Of a DNA stretch of 64,000 nt, positions 53,158-63,765 are shown one piece after another (within the stretch, counting starts at the first letter, position 1; every line of letters starts with the position of its first letter). Below the pieces are notes generated by a model that saw only the letters and a program-made list of their open reading frames with translations, made no database searches and had not been told where the DNA came from. The DNA comes from an uncultured Clostridia bacterium (GTDB lineage Bacteria; Bacillota; Clostridia; Christensenellales; UBA1242). The stretch spans positions 217,306-281,305 of the forward strand of contig CALWJY010000001.1 of assembly GCA_944381135.1 (NCBI GenBank), in the 5' to 3' direction. The position numbers were made by a program, and so were the translations under genes.

Positions 53158-53166
53158 ATTATAACA
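53158..53166 (-). promoter_or_regulatory. Extended -10 element TGtTATAAT 6 nt upstream of the ATG at 53151 (leaderless candidate)
   Basis: The minus strand reads TGTTATAAT-tacaat-ATG, with no SD. Confidence 0.4.
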
Positions 53167-53493
53167 CATTCAAATAAAAACTTATAATCTTTAAATAAAA
53201 TTTTTAAAAAAAGTTAAAATTTTTTAATCAAACCGCCTTACAAATTAAACTCACAAACCAAAACTTGTTTCATCGTCAAATTTATGTTAAAACATCATAA
53301 AATACCACAAAAAGAGAAAAATTTTAAAAATAAGATGAAAACAACCAATTTTGTTATGAATTTTTTGTGAAATATTCTATAATAAAAATGATGTTGATTT
53401 TCCTCACAACAAGGATATATGCAAGACACAAAGGACAAAATTGAGTCTTATCCATCAAACCAACATCCATAAATCACAAAAAGGTGGCAAAAA

Positions 53494-55041
53494 ATGAAAG
53501 AAAAAGAAGAGAAAAAGGCAAAAAATTGCAAAAATGGCAAACCTGAAAGCGAAAACAAAACAAAAATTTGCTTTGACAACAACCTCTATTTGAAACTTCA
53601 AAGTGAAAACATCAACAAAAGGATAAAGAAATTTCACAATAAACTATATTTAGAGTTTGGTGGCAAAATTTTTGACGATTTGCATGCCGCACGCGTTCTT
53701 CCTGGTTTCGATCCAAACATCAAAATCAAACTTTTGCAAAAGATGAAAGATAAAGCCGAAATCATCTTCTGCATAAGCGCCAACGACATTGAAAAGAACA
53801 AAATTCGTGCCGACCTTGGACTTTCATATGACAACGAAGTTTTGCGCCTTGTGGACAACATGCGCGCTCTTGGACTTTATGTTTCAGCTTTTGTCATCAC
53901 ACTATATAAAGGGCAACCAAGTGCCACAAAGTTCGGCAAAAAATTGGAACAACGCGGAGAGCGTGTTTTCTTCCATAAATACATAAAGGGCTATCCAAAC
54001 GATGTTGAAACCATTGTTTCGGAAGTGGGATATGGCAAAAATCCGTTTGTCGAAACCACTCGCCCACTTGTTGTTGTCACCGCACCTGGTCCATCCAGCG
54101 GAAAACTTGCAACATGCCTGTGCCAACTCTATCACGAGCATAACCGCGGAGTGAAAGCGGGCTATGCCAAATTTGAAACTTTCCCTGTTTGGAACTTGCC
54201 ACTCAAACATCCTGTCAACATTGCATATGAAGCTGCCACGGCAGACCTTTATGATGTCAACCAAGTTGACCCATATCATTTCAACGCCTATGGCAAACTT
54301 GCAATCAACTATAACCGCGACATCGCCGCATATCCTGTGCTTGCCAACATCCTGAAGAAAATCACAGGAAAAGAGGTCTATAAATCGCCAACCGAAATGG
54401 GTGTCAACATGGTTGCATCCGCAATCATTGACGACAAACTTGCCCAAGAGTCTGCCAAAAAGGAAATTTTGAGAAGATACTATCGTGCCGAATGTGACTA
54501 TAAGCGCGGTCAGTGCACCTATGAAACTTTGGAAAGAAACAAAAATCTTGTTGAAGAGGCGGACGCCAAGAAAGCACTTGCAAAAGTCATTGACACGGCA
54601 AAACGCACCTCAAAGGCAAGCGGATATCCATGCGAGGCACTTGAACTTCCAAATGGGAAAATTGTCACAGGGAAAACCAAGAAAATTGTTTCTGCAAGTG
54701 CTGCCGTCGTGCTGAATGCTCTGCGCACTCTTGCCGGACTTGGAGACGATTTTGATGTCATCACCGACGACATTTTGTTTCCAATTGTGGAATATCGCAC
54801 CAAAATCTTGAAATCAAACAGCAGCGTTTTGACGCTTGACGATGTTTTGGTTGCACTTTCAATCTGCACCAGCAAAAACGAAAAAGCGCGCAAAGCAATG
54901 GCAGAAATTGACAAACTGAGAGGATGTGACGCGCACTGCACCTACATTTTGCCAAACGCTGAAGAGCAAACTCTCAAAAAACTTGGCATAAACATCACTT
55001 GCGAACCTGTTTTTCTGAGCACCAAACTTTTCGAGGGCTGA
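53494..55041 (+). CDS. UPF0371/DUF1846-family protein
   Basis: FDNNLYLKLQSENI...LYLEFGGKIFDDLHAARVLPGFDPN is the characteristic N-terminus of this roughly 500-aa Firmicute family. Confidence 0.85.
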   Translation: MKEKEEKKAKNCKNGKPESENKTKICFDNNLYLKLQSENINKRIKKFHNKLYLEFGGKIFDDLHAARVLPGFDPNIKIKLLQKMKDKAEIIFCISANDIEKNKIRADLGLSYDNEVLRLVDNMRALGLYVSAFVITLYKGQPSATKFGKKLEQRGERVFFHKYIKGYPNDVETIVSEVGYGKNPFVETTRPLVVVTAPGPSSGKLATCLCQLYHEHNRGVKAGYAKFETFPVWNLPLKHPVNIAYEAATADLYDVNQVDPYHFNAYGKLAINYNRDIAAYPVLANILKKITGKEVYKSPTEMGVNMVASAIIDDKLAQESAKKEILRRYYRAECDYKRGQCTYETLERNKNLVEEADAKKALAKVIDTAKRTSKASGYPCEALELPNGKIVTGKTKKIVSASAAVVLNALRTLAGLGDDFDVITDDILFPIVEYRTKILKSNSSVLTLDDVLVALSICTSKNEKARKAMAEIDKLRGCDAHCTYILPNAEEQTLKKLGINITCEPVFLSTKLFEG

Positions 55042-55093
55042 AATCAAATCAACACGAATTAACACAAATAAAAGCCAAATAAACAATAAAAAC

Positions 55094-55134
55094 AAAGCGT
55101 CTTTATTCTAAAACCTTAAGGCGCTTTTTATTTG
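55094..55134 (+). terminator. Terminator candidate after the DUF1846 gene
   Basis: AAAGCGTC-N18-GGCGCTTT (one G.U pair) is followed by TTATTTG. The loop is large. Confidence 0.45.
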
Positions 55135-55213
55135 TCTAACATCACACAATCAACAAATTTGATCTTCTAACAAATTTAATTTTATCAAAATATAATTTAA
55201 AAACAAAATCGCA

Positions 55214-55933
55214 TTATTGCGAATAATACCACCAAAATTTTGACAACATCTCTTGATTATTTGTGACAAGAAATTGCACTTGAAATTTGTTTTCATCTTC
55301 TCCGACAAAATGTTTAAGTCTTCTTGCCACCCCATTTGCACTGTCAAAAAAGACAACTTTTTCGCCCAAAATTTCTTGCAAAATGTCTTTCACGGCAAGA
55401 TAGTGCGTGCAACCCAACACACAGCATTTCTCGTTTTTGACATCTTTAAACTCTTCACACAGTTCGTCTTTCAGCACATCCAATTCGTCCAAATGCGCGT
55501 CAATTTCGCTGGCAAGTTTTGGCATTGCTTTGAGAATCAAATTAGGATTTTTGTTAATCAAAATGTTGTGCCTAAGTGTCGCCTCAGTTGCAAGCACCAA
55601 AATTTCGTCCGCACTAAAATTTTCAAGTGCTGGCTTAACCGCAGGCACAGTGCCAATGAATGTGACATCTGGAAAAGTTGCCCGACAAATGTCAATGCAA
55701 GTGCAAGTCAGCGTGTTGCACGCCAAAACAACAATGTCAAACTTAAAAAATCGCCGAACATCTCTCAAATTTTGCAAAGTGATTGCCTGCAACTGCTCTT
55801 TGGTTTTGTTTCCATATGGAAGATTTTTGTCATCACAAAACATCAGAAAATTGCACTGCGGAGCAACCCTCACGCATTCTTTCAAAATGTTAATTCCACC
55901 ACTGCCACTGTCAATCAAAAGCACATTCTTCAT
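55214..55933 (-). CDS. murI: Glutamate racemase
   Basis: LLIDSGSGG, LACNTLT and LGCTHY are the catalytic Cys motifs. Confidence 0.9.
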   Translation of the reverse strand: MKNVLLIDSGSGGINILKECVRVAPQCNFLMFCDDKNLPYGNKTKEQLQAITLQNLRDVRRFFKFDIVVLACNTLTCTCIDICRATFPDVTFIGTVPAVKPALENFSADEILVLATEATLRHNILINKNPNLILKAMPKLASEIDAHLDELDVLKDELCEEFKDVKNEKCCVLGCTHYLAVKDILQEILGEKVVFFDSANGVARRLKHFVGEDENKFQVQFLVTNNQEMLSKFWWYYSQ

Positions 55934-56097
55934 GTGAAATATATATGATTTTCAGCCAAAAAGTTTTCGCAATTTCAAATTATCTTTTAAATAATATCTC
56001 ATCAAAAAATAAAAGACTTCAATGTTTGAAGCCTTTTAATCTTTAAACAACAAGTCCTAACCAAAGTCAAGAATTTGCCATTTTGTCTAACTTTTGT

Positions 56098-57408
56098 TTA
56101 TCCCACATCTTCTGTTGTGTCATCTGCTGATGGTTGGTCAAGTCCAAGAAGTTCGACACTTTCTTCATTTGTCACCCTGCCAACATTGCGCAATTTGTTT
56201 GCAATTTGACGACTACGCGTGCCAACAAGATTGTCAAAATCTTTGCTTGTCCTTTCAAATTGCCCACGAATTTTCTCAACAATAAGGTTAAATTTGTCAA
56301 ATTCTGTTCGGACAGCACCCAAAATCTTCCAAACCTCGCCCGATTTTTTCTGGATTGCCAAAGTCTTAAAGCCCATTTGCAAACTGTTGAGAAGTGCACT
56401 CATTGTGGTTGGTCCAGCAATTGTGACGTTAAATTTTTCTTGCAACTCTTCAATCAAACCCATTTTTGCAACTTCAGCATAAAGCCCCTCAATTGGCAAA
56501 AACATGACAGCAAAATTTGTAGTTTTTGGAGGGCAGATATATTTCGTGTTGATGTCTTTTGCCATCTGTCTTATGGTGTTTTTAAGTTGTTCTTTCTTAA
56601 CTTTCACTTGGTCAAACTCGTTGTTTTCATATGCATTTTGCAAATCGCTGTAAACAGTGTATGGGAATTTGCTGTCAATTGGCAAATAGACAAATTCGTC
56701 CTCATTTTGTCCTGGCAATTTGATGGCATATTCCACCGGTTCATTGCCCTCACCCGTCACAATGTTGGTTTCATATTGCTCTTTTGCCAACATCTGCTCC
56801 AAGATTGCACCCAACTGAATTTCGCCAAAAACACCTGTGGTCTTGACATTTGAAAGCATTTTTTGCAAACTTCCAACATCTGACGCAAGGTTTTTCATCT
56901 CGCCCAAAGATTTATGCACATTCTCGAGTTGGTCTTGAAGTACATGAAAAGTCTGTTGAAAACGCTCGTTGATGGTTTTGGACAACTTTTCGTCCACAGT
57001 TTCACGCATTTTATCAAGATGTTTGTTGTTGTCCTCCTGCAAAGCCTTCAAATTGTTTTCGGTGGTTCTCCTCACCGCTTCCAACTTTTCTTCTTGCATT
57101 TGGCTGATTTTCTGCATACGGTCATCCAACTGCTTGGTAAGCTCCAATACCCTTTTCTCAAGCGACTCGTTGTTTCCAGACAAATTGTCTTGAAAAACCT
57201 TGACCGTCTGCAAAATTGCTTCATTGTTTGCCCGTTGAGTCTCGTTCAATGTCTTGATGACAAAGTCTGAATTGTTCTGAACACTCTTCTTGATGTCTTC
57301 TTTGTCAACCTCACTGATTTCGCTTTTGTTTCTTGTCTTAACCGAAACCCAAATGCTGACCACACTCAAAACAATGCAAATTGAAATCAAAACGTATAAA
57401 ACAACCAT
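56098..57408 (-). CDS. rmuC: DNA recombination protein RmuC
   Basis: It has an N-terminal TM helix, a long coiled coil and FAVMFLPIEGLYAEV. The ATG at 57408 has a GGAGGGG SD. Confidence 0.9.
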   Translation of the reverse strand: MVVLYVLISICIVLSVVSIWVSVKTRNKSEISEVDKEDIKKSVQNNSDFVIKTLNETQRANNEAILQTVKVFQDNLSGNNESLEKRVLELTKQLDDRMQKISQMQEEKLEAVRRTTENNLKALQEDNNKHLDKMRETVDEKLSKTINERFQQTFHVLQDQLENVHKSLGEMKNLASDVGSLQKMLSNVKTTGVFGEIQLGAILEQMLAKEQYETNIVTGEGNEPVEYAIKLPGQNEDEFVYLPIDSKFPYTVYSDLQNAYENNEFDQVKVKKEQLKNTIRQMAKDINTKYICPPKTTNFAVMFLPIEGLYAEVAKMGLIEELQEKFNVTIAGPTTMSALLNSLQMGFKTLAIQKKSGEVWKILGAVRTEFDKFNLIVEKIRGQFERTSKDFDNLVGTRSRQIANKLRNVGRVTNEESVELLGLDQPSADDTTEDVG

Positions 57409-57627
57409 ATTCCCCTCCAATCACAAATCAAATTTTCACATACATCATATCACAAACCACACCAAAAAGTAAATGAAAAAGATTGGGTTTCTTTTCGTTT
57501 TCTCATCTTTCTTATAATTTCACAAACTTTTTTTCACTTTTACTTGGAATTTTCGACAAAAATTTTAAAACACTAAGCATTTTATAAATTATACAAATTT
57601 TTAATGTTTTAAATTCCAATACTTCGC

Positions 57628-57660
57628 AAAAAAAGTCAGCATATCTTGCCGACTTTTCTT
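57628..57660 (-). terminator. Terminator candidate downstream of 57754..59277
   Basis: The minus strand reads GTCGGCA-agata-TGCTGAC (one mismatch), followed by T7. Confidence 0.5.
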
Positions 57661-57753
57661 TATTTTTATTCAGTTCTTCATGCTTTTGCTGCGCAATTAA
57701 ATCCCTCAAAAACATTTTTTTTAGATTGCCCTAAGTAGTAAGTTGCCACTGAT

Positions 57754-59277
57754 TTATGCCAATGTTGAGGCATCCACCAAATTAAACGTAACTGTTCTGT
57801 CTGTGAAGATTGTGATTTGTCCATCACCATCGCCAATTTGGAATGGATTTTTCTGGCTGTCCTGTGCAACATCTCCAATGTTGATTGTGATGTTTTCGTC
57901 AGAAAGTCTTTCTCTTCCCGCTTCTTCTTGGTTCTGCGCATCAAAAACAAACATATCTGCAACAAAATCTGCTGTGTTTGTGATGTCAACAGAGGTTCTT
58001 CCTGTTTCGTTTCTCAATGTCACATCATCAGAAACAACACCTTCAAAAGCAAGTCTAATTGAGCCAGAATTGTTTGTGATGGAAATTGAATTTTGATTGT
58101 TTGGTGCAACTTCAATGTCAACCGACATTGCATTTGAACTTATCACCTCAACCGACCCAGCAACACTTCCAACTGTCAAACTCCCACTTGTTGCCGTCAC
58201 ATAAATTGCCCCAGCGCTGTCGCCACTTGCAACAATTTCATCAATCACGATGTCAGGACTGCTTCTCTGTCCCTCTCTCGTTGCCAAACTGAAATTTCCA
58301 TGAATTGTGCCAGCAGTGACATTTGGCGAAATGATGGAATCTTCCGAATTTGCGAATGAAACATCTGCATACACTTCATCAAACACATAGTTTCCTTCTT
58401 CGCTTGCAACAAAATCGACTTTATTTGCAGAAACATAGTTCATCACAACATTTCCGCCTTTGCAAGTGACGGAAACATCATTTGTGCCCACCAAAAGAGC
58501 GTTGATGTTCACAGTTCCGCTGTCAACGATGAATGTTGGACTGCAGTTGAGTTGCAACCCACTTCCTGTGCCACCATTATAAGAAACTGTTGATGCACTT
58601 CGAATTGAACCACTGCCTGTTTCAAGGCTGAGATCTTGAAGTGCGGTTGTTTCAAGGTTGTTGCTGACCATAATGTCTCCACTTGTTGTTGAAATATCAA
58701 GTGACCTTACGCTTGTGAGAGGAGAATCTGAATTTGTGTTGAAACTTCCGCCCAAATCGACATCACCACTTGTTGTGTTGACAGTGATGTTCATGTTTTG
58801 CATGAAATTTTCAAATTGATTTAAAGTTGTGGAATGCAAAACAATGCGAATGTCTCTTGAGAAGAACAAAAATCCTGTTGGCTCTGTTATGTTGACTCTC
58901 AAAATTGTTCCGTCATACAAAACTTCATAATCAAACTGAACAGCATTTGCCGCACCGGTGAAACCCTTTGCATAATTAAAGATATAAAGTCCATTTCTGT
59001 CATATTCTCTGTTGTTGTCGCGCTCAACAGTCACATCAGCGTATGTGCAATTGATTTCCAAATCGGTGATGGAATTCCAATCAATTTCCGCTTCAGTGGT
59101 GTCAGTTGTGTGGGTGATTGGAATTGTTTCATTTCCAGAAAAATATTGCATCCAAAGCACAGTTGAACCCGGGTTGAAAATCATCACAACAAGACAAATC
59201 AAAAAGATTGTGATCAGAAGAAGCACAAACAAGCCAAAATAGAAGAAAAACCCTTTTCTTATGTGTCCTTGTCCCAT
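57754..59277 (-). CDS. Membrane-anchored DUF4097-like beta-helix (putative adhesin) repeat protein
   Basis: A TM helix is followed by repeated ..TSGD(I/V).., ..GSGSI.. and ..GGNV.. strands. The ATG at 59277 has an AAGGAGGTG SD. Confidence 0.6.
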   Translation of the reverse strand: MGQGHIRKGFFFYFGLFVLLLITIFLICLVVMIFNPGSTVLWMQYFSGNETIPITHTTDTTEAEIDWNSITDLEINCTYADVTVERDNNREYDRNGLYIFNYAKGFTGAANAVQFDYEVLYDGTILRVNITEPTGFLFFSRDIRIVLHSTTLNQFENFMQNMNITVNTTSGDVDLGGSFNTNSDSPLTSVRSLDISTTSGDIMVSNNLETTALQDLSLETGSGSIRSASTVSYNGGTGSGLQLNCSPTFIVDSGTVNINALLVGTNDVSVTCKGGNVVMNYVSANKVDFVASEEGNYVFDEVYADVSFANSEDSIISPNVTAGTIHGNFSLATREGQRSSPDIVIDEIVASGDSAGAIYVTATSGSLTVGSVAGSVEVISSNAMSVDIEVAPNNQNSISITNNSGSIRLAFEGVVSDDVTLRNETGRTSVDITNTADFVADMFVFDAQNQEEAGRERLSDENITINIGDVAQDSQKNPFQIGDGDGQITIFTDRTVTFNLVDASTLA

Positions 59278-59407
59278 CGACACCTCCTTAAATTAAATTC
59301 AAAAACAATTCAAAAATCGCAAAGTTTTCATCAAAAAATGCCATTAAAAATTGCAATTTTGAATTTAAAATGCATAAATTCAAGTCAAAAAGTCAATTTG
59401 CAATTAT

Positions 59408-59436
59408 ATTATAACATATTTTCCCATTTGTGTCAA
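59408..59436 (-). promoter_or_regulatory. Consensus SigA promoter (-35 TTGACA, 17 nt, TGtTATAAT) for 57754..59277
   Basis: The -35 box is at 59431-59436 and -10 at 59408-59413 (minus strand). It lies 7 nt after the alaS stop. Confidence 0.65.
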
Positions 59437-59442
59437 TTGCCC

Positions 59443-61260
59443 TCAGTCTAAAACCGCCTTAATTCTTCGCACACCACTTGAAGAACTCTCTTCTTTGACA
59501 ATTTTCAAATGATGAAGGTCTTTTGTGTTTTTCGCATGTGGGCCTCCACAAATTTCTTTTGAAACATCTCCAATGGAATAGACTTTCACCACTTGCCCAT
59601 ATCTGCTCTCAAAAACACCAACCGCTCCGCTGTGTTTTGCTTCGTCCAAACTCATTTCTTCGCAAACCACAGGAATGCCCTGCTCAATTGCGTCATTGAC
59701 AAATTTTTCCAAAGTTGCAATTTCTTCTGGAGTCATTTTGTGGTCAAGATTGAAGTCAATTCTAAGCCTCTCTGGCGTGATGTTTGAACCCTTTTGCATA
59801 ACTTGATTTCCAAACATCTTCCTAAGCCCAGCCATAATCAAATGTGTTGCAGTGTGAAGTTTGGCGCTTTCATAAGAATTGTCCGCAAGTCCACCTTTAA
59901 ACACGCCCGCAGATGCCGTTCTGCTTTTTTCTTGATGTTCTTCGAAAGCTTTCTTAAAGCCCTCTTCGTCCACAGCATAGCCTCTCTCAGAAGCAAGTTC
60001 TTTTGTCAACTCAAAAGGAAAACCAAATGTGTCATAAAGTCTGAAGCAAGCCTTTCCCGAAATTATGTTTTCAACAACCTCACCATTTTTGGCAGCAAAA
60101 GCTTTGTGCTTTTCAATGCCAGCAATCACCTTGTCAAATTCTTTGTGCCCCTCTTCCAAAGCTTTTGAAAACTTTTCGACCTCAATTTTAAGTTCGTCCT
60201 TAATTTTTTGTCTATTTGCTTTCAAATCGGAATAGTCTTCTTGATATTCATCAACAAGGATGTCAATGATGTCCTTAAAAAACTTAGTGTCAAACCCAAT
60301 GTTGCGCGCACAATTCACACTTCGACGAATGAAACGCCTCAAAATGTAACCCTGCCCCAAGTTTGATGGTGTCACACCACGATAGTCTCCCAAAATGAAA
60401 GCCGAAGAACGCAAATGGTCAGTTATGATTCGATATGCGCGTTTTGATTTTTCGTCTTCCAAATATTTCACATTTGCCTTGCTGTCAATGAAATCAATCA
60501 CACGCTTCAAGCAACCGGTGTCATAAACACTTTGACTTCCGTTCAAAACAAGCACCGCTCTTTCCAACCCCATGCCCGTGTCAATGTTCGGTCTTGCAAG
60601 TTTTTGCGCCTTTTCGCCAGCATTTTCAACTTTATATTGCATAAAGACATCGTTCCAAATTTCAATGTATTTCCCGCAATTGCAGGCTGGAGAACAATTT
60701 TCACTGCACTTAGGCTTTCCGGTGTCCAAAAACATTTCAGAATCTGGACCACACGGGCCAACACCTCCACCAAGTGCCCACCAATTGTCGTGAAGGAAGA
60801 AAACATTTTCTTTCTTGACACCACAGTCAATCCATGCCTTTGCGGTTTCATCATCACGAGGAGCAACCTCATCTCCTGCAAAAACAGTCACAGCAAGGCG
60901 GTCAACAGGGATGCCCAAATATTCTTTATTTGTCAAAAATTCATAGGAAAGTTTCACCATTTCTTCTTTTGGACAACTGCCCAAATACCAATTTCCAAGC
61001 ATTTCAAAAAAAGTCAAATGGCTGTCGTCACCAACTTCGTCAATATCGCTTGTCCTGATGCAACGCTGAACATCAAAAATTTTGTTTCCTGCTGGATGCT
61101 TTTCACCAAGAAGATATGGCACAAGTGGATGCATACCAGCGGTTGTGAAAAGCACAGTTGGGTCATTTTCTGGAATGATTGAAGCACTTTCAATTCTTTT
61201 AAACCCATGCTCGCTGAAAAATTTAAACCAAAGTTCTTTCATTTGTCTGTCAGTTTTCAT
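59443..61260 (-). CDS. alaS: Alanine--tRNA ligase, compact form (catalytic plus editing domains, no C-Ala domain)
   Basis: DPTVLFTTAGM and HLTFFEMLGNW are class II AlaRS motifs. The editing motifs HTATHL and CGGPHAKNT are present. The protein ends at GVRRIKAVLD. The ATG at 61260 has a GGGAGA SD. Confidence 0.85.
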   Translation of the reverse strand: MKTDRQMKELWFKFFSEHGFKRIESASIIPENDPTVLFTTAGMHPLVPYLLGEKHPAGNKIFDVQRCIRTSDIDEVGDDSHLTFFEMLGNWYLGSCPKEEMVKLSYEFLTNKEYLGIPVDRLAVTVFAGDEVAPRDDETAKAWIDCGVKKENVFFLHDNWWALGGGVGPCGPDSEMFLDTGKPKCSENCSPACNCGKYIEIWNDVFMQYKVENAGEKAQKLARPNIDTGMGLERAVLVLNGSQSVYDTGCLKRVIDFIDSKANVKYLEDEKSKRAYRIITDHLRSSAFILGDYRGVTPSNLGQGYILRRFIRRSVNCARNIGFDTKFFKDIIDILVDEYQEDYSDLKANRQKIKDELKIEVEKFSKALEEGHKEFDKVIAGIEKHKAFAAKNGEVVENIISGKACFRLYDTFGFPFELTKELASERGYAVDEEGFKKAFEEHQEKSRTASAGVFKGGLADNSYESAKLHTATHLIMAGLRKMFGNQVMQKGSNITPERLRIDFNLDHKMTPEEIATLEKFVNDAIEQGIPVVCEEMSLDEAKHSGAVGVFESRYGQVVKVYSIGDVSKEICGGPHAKNTKDLHHLKIVKEESSSSGVRRIKAVLD

Positions 61261-61706
61261 AAAATTCTCCCATTTCAATCACACAAAATCAACTTGCACG
61301 AACTAAAACCAAACAAAGAATTTAAATTGTATAAAATAAAACTGCAAGCATTTTGATTGATTTCCACACAAAAATTTTAAATCTAATTTTTCGTGCCAAA
61401 ATTGATTATGTCTTATTGTTGATTTAAACATAGAAAGTATAGCAAATTTCAACGAAAAAAACAAGTGAAACCATAAAAAATCATAAAAATAACATAAATC
61501 AAAATCAAATTCTAAAATTGAAATCAAAAACAAATAAAAATTAAGAAAATTTCAGTCAAAAACGCTCAAAAAATCTTAAAATTAAAAATAATTAAAAATA
61601 AAAACAAAAAATTAAAAATTAAAACAAAATTAAGGAATTAAAAATAATAAAATTGAAGTGATAAAATTAAAATTGGAATAAAAATAGAAAAAATAAACGA
61701 TAAAAT

Positions 61707-61732
61707 AGAAAAAATCTCAATTCACTGAGATT
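61707..61732 (-). terminator. Rho-independent terminator of 61722..62216 (stop codon inside the hairpin)
   Basis: The minus strand reads AATCTCA-gtgaat-TGAGATT followed by TTTTTC. Confidence 0.7.
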
Positions 61733-62216
61733 TCTTGTTTTCGTTTTCAAATTTGTTGATGACTTCCACAATTTGATTGTGTTTGCGTTTTCTTTTCAAC
61801 TTCTGTATGAAAGTTGGAAATTTTTCTTTAGTATCATATTTGTCGATTGTGCTTGACATAGAGTCCACAATCAAACGACCCGCTTTGCGATTGTCAATTT
61901 GTTTGTTGACAATGTCTGTCGATTTTGAATTTTGAACTGCATAAATGCATTGTTTTTCACCTTTTTTCTTCTCACGAACCAAAAAGATGTAAATTGCCAA
62001 GAAAAACACCAAAAAGACAAACAAAAAACCAACATAATAGAGATTGAAACCAGAAATGACAATGAAAAGGAAAACTGCAAGCGCAAACAAAAGAAGTGCG
62101 CCACACGCATAGCGAATTTCGCTCTTTGCAGACTCAATGATGTTTTTCCCTTCAAAAAACATCAAGTGATATTTCCCTTCCACATTTTCAATGTTGTTGA
62201 TGTTGAATTTTGCCAA
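61722..62216 (-). CDS. Small membrane protein, unknown function
   Basis: The TTG start has a GAGAGGA SD. Two TM helices are followed by a Lys-rich C-terminus. Confidence 0.6.
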   Translation of the reverse strand: MAKFNINNIENVEGKYHLMFFEGKNIIESAKSEIRYACGALLLFALAVFLFIVISGFNLYYVGFLFVFLVFFLAIYIFLVREKKKGEKQCIYAVQNSKSTDIVNKQIDNRKAGRLIVDSMSSTIDKYDTKEKFPTFIQKLKRKRKHNQIVEVINKFENENKKSQ

Positions 62217-62440
62217 TTTTTCCTCTCTTTGAAACCTAAAAATTCAAAAAACACAAAAAATTCAATATTTTTGATTAATTTTTAGTTCTTTTTTGCTGTT
62301 TTTTAAATTTTCCCGATTTTTTGTTGATTTTGTTAATTTTGTTTGCTTCGATGATTTTTGTTTATTCAAATCATCACATAATTATGATAGCAAATTCAGC
62401 CAATTTTGTCAACAATTTTCGCAAACCTTTCAAGCAGGCC

Positions 62441-63628
62441 TCATCTTCGCAAAATGTCACCAACTTTAAGTTTCAGTTTGCAAGGAATTGTCACACACTC
62501 TTGAACCACCTTTGCAGAGTCAACTTCTTCACCCTCCGGATTGGTGATTTTTTCAATCACAATTTTCTTGTTGAAATTCTCCTCATCTGGACTGAGCACC
62601 TCAAGTTCGTCGCCGACTGAAAACTTGTTGCGCATTTCAACTTCAACATTTTGCCCGTCACCATCTTTCGTCACAAGTGCCACAAATTCACTTTCTTGTA
62701 CAGGTGTGGAACTTTCCAAAAACTGTTTTTCTTCATCTCCAAAATAAAATCCTGTGGTGTATCTTCTGTGACTTGCTTTCATAAGTTCGTCACAAAGTTC
62801 TTTTGTTGGCTCTTTTGGAAGCATGTCAAGTGCGCGACGATAGGCATTCACGACAGTTGCAACATAGTAGGAAGATTTCATCCTGCCCTCAATCTTAATG
62901 CTGTCCACGCCCGCCTTTTGAAGTTTGTCCAAAAATGGCAACATGTTCAGGTCTTTGGAATTGAAGATGTAACTTCCTCTCTCGTCCTCCTGCACCTCAA
63001 TTTCGTCATCACGGCTGACTTCTCGCACATAATATTTCCATCTGCAAGCCTGCACACATTCGCCATGATTGGAATCTCTGCCCGTCAAATAGTTTGACAA
63101 AAGACATCTTCCAGAATATGCCATGCACATGGCACCATGCACAAAAACTTCAATTTCCACTTTACTTGGAACATTTTTTCGAATTTTTGCCACTTCCTCC
63201 AAAGAAAGTTCTCTTGCAAGAATAAGCCTTTTTGCACCAAGTTCAACCATGAGATTGGCAGAATAGGAATTTATGATGTTTGCCTGTGTGCTGACATGCA
63301 CGGCAAGCATTGGCGCATGCACTCGAATGAATTGAAGCATTCCAATGTCGGCAACAATCACCGCATCCACCTTCGCATCCTGCAAAAAACGGACATATTC
63401 TTTCAAACCCACAAAATCTTTGTCTTTTGCAATGATGTTCAGCGTCACATAGACTTTCTTTCCGCGACTGTGGGCAATTTCCACCGCCTTTTCAATTTCC
63501 TCGTTGCTGAAATTTCCCGCAAAAGCACGAAGCCCATGCGTCTGCCCAGCAAGATAAACAGCATCTGCCCCGAAATGCAATGCCGTCAAAAATTTCTCAA
63601 AATTGCCTGCTGGCGCCAAAAGTTCCAT
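62441..63628 (-). CDS. Peptidase U32 family protein (collagenase-like / tRNA or rRNA hydroxylation family)
   Basis: MELLAPAGNFEKFLTALHFGADAVYLAG and E.FVHGAMCMAYSGRCLLSNY are present. Confidence 0.9.
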   Translation of the reverse strand: MELLAPAGNFEKFLTALHFGADAVYLAGQTHGLRAFAGNFSNEEIEKAVEIAHSRGKKVYVTLNIIAKDKDFVGLKEYVRFLQDAKVDAVIVADIGMLQFIRVHAPMLAVHVSTQANIINSYSANLMVELGAKRLILARELSLEEVAKIRKNVPSKVEIEVFVHGAMCMAYSGRCLLSNYLTGRDSNHGECVQACRWKYYVREVSRDDEIEVQEDERGSYIFNSKDLNMLPFLDKLQKAGVDSIKIEGRMKSSYYVATVVNAYRRALDMLPKEPTKELCDELMKASHRRYTTGFYFGDEEKQFLESSTPVQESEFVALVTKDGDGQNVEVEMRNKFSVGDELEVLSPDEENFNKKIVIEKITNPEGEEVDSAKVVQECVTIPCKLKLKVGDILRR

Positions 63629-63765
63629 AGTCTCCTCCGCTTTTTAATTTTTCATCAGAAAATTCATTTTAATTTTTAGATAATAATCAAATTTTAAGTT
63701 TTTCGAATTTTGAATTAATCAAATTTTAAACTCCTTAAAATTAAACTTTTCAAAATTTAAATTTT

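Noticed and set aside
53283-53293. TTATGTTAAAA, a 10/11 match to the XerD arm of dif
   Set aside because: No matching XerC arm or central spacer lies upstream. The location is a divergent promoter region, so this is probably chance in AT-rich DNA.
57512-57715. 67-aa minus-strand ORF in the gap between rmuC and the DUF4097-like gene
   Set aside because: It has no SD and spans the predicted terminator hairpin (57635-57653). The sequence is low complexity.
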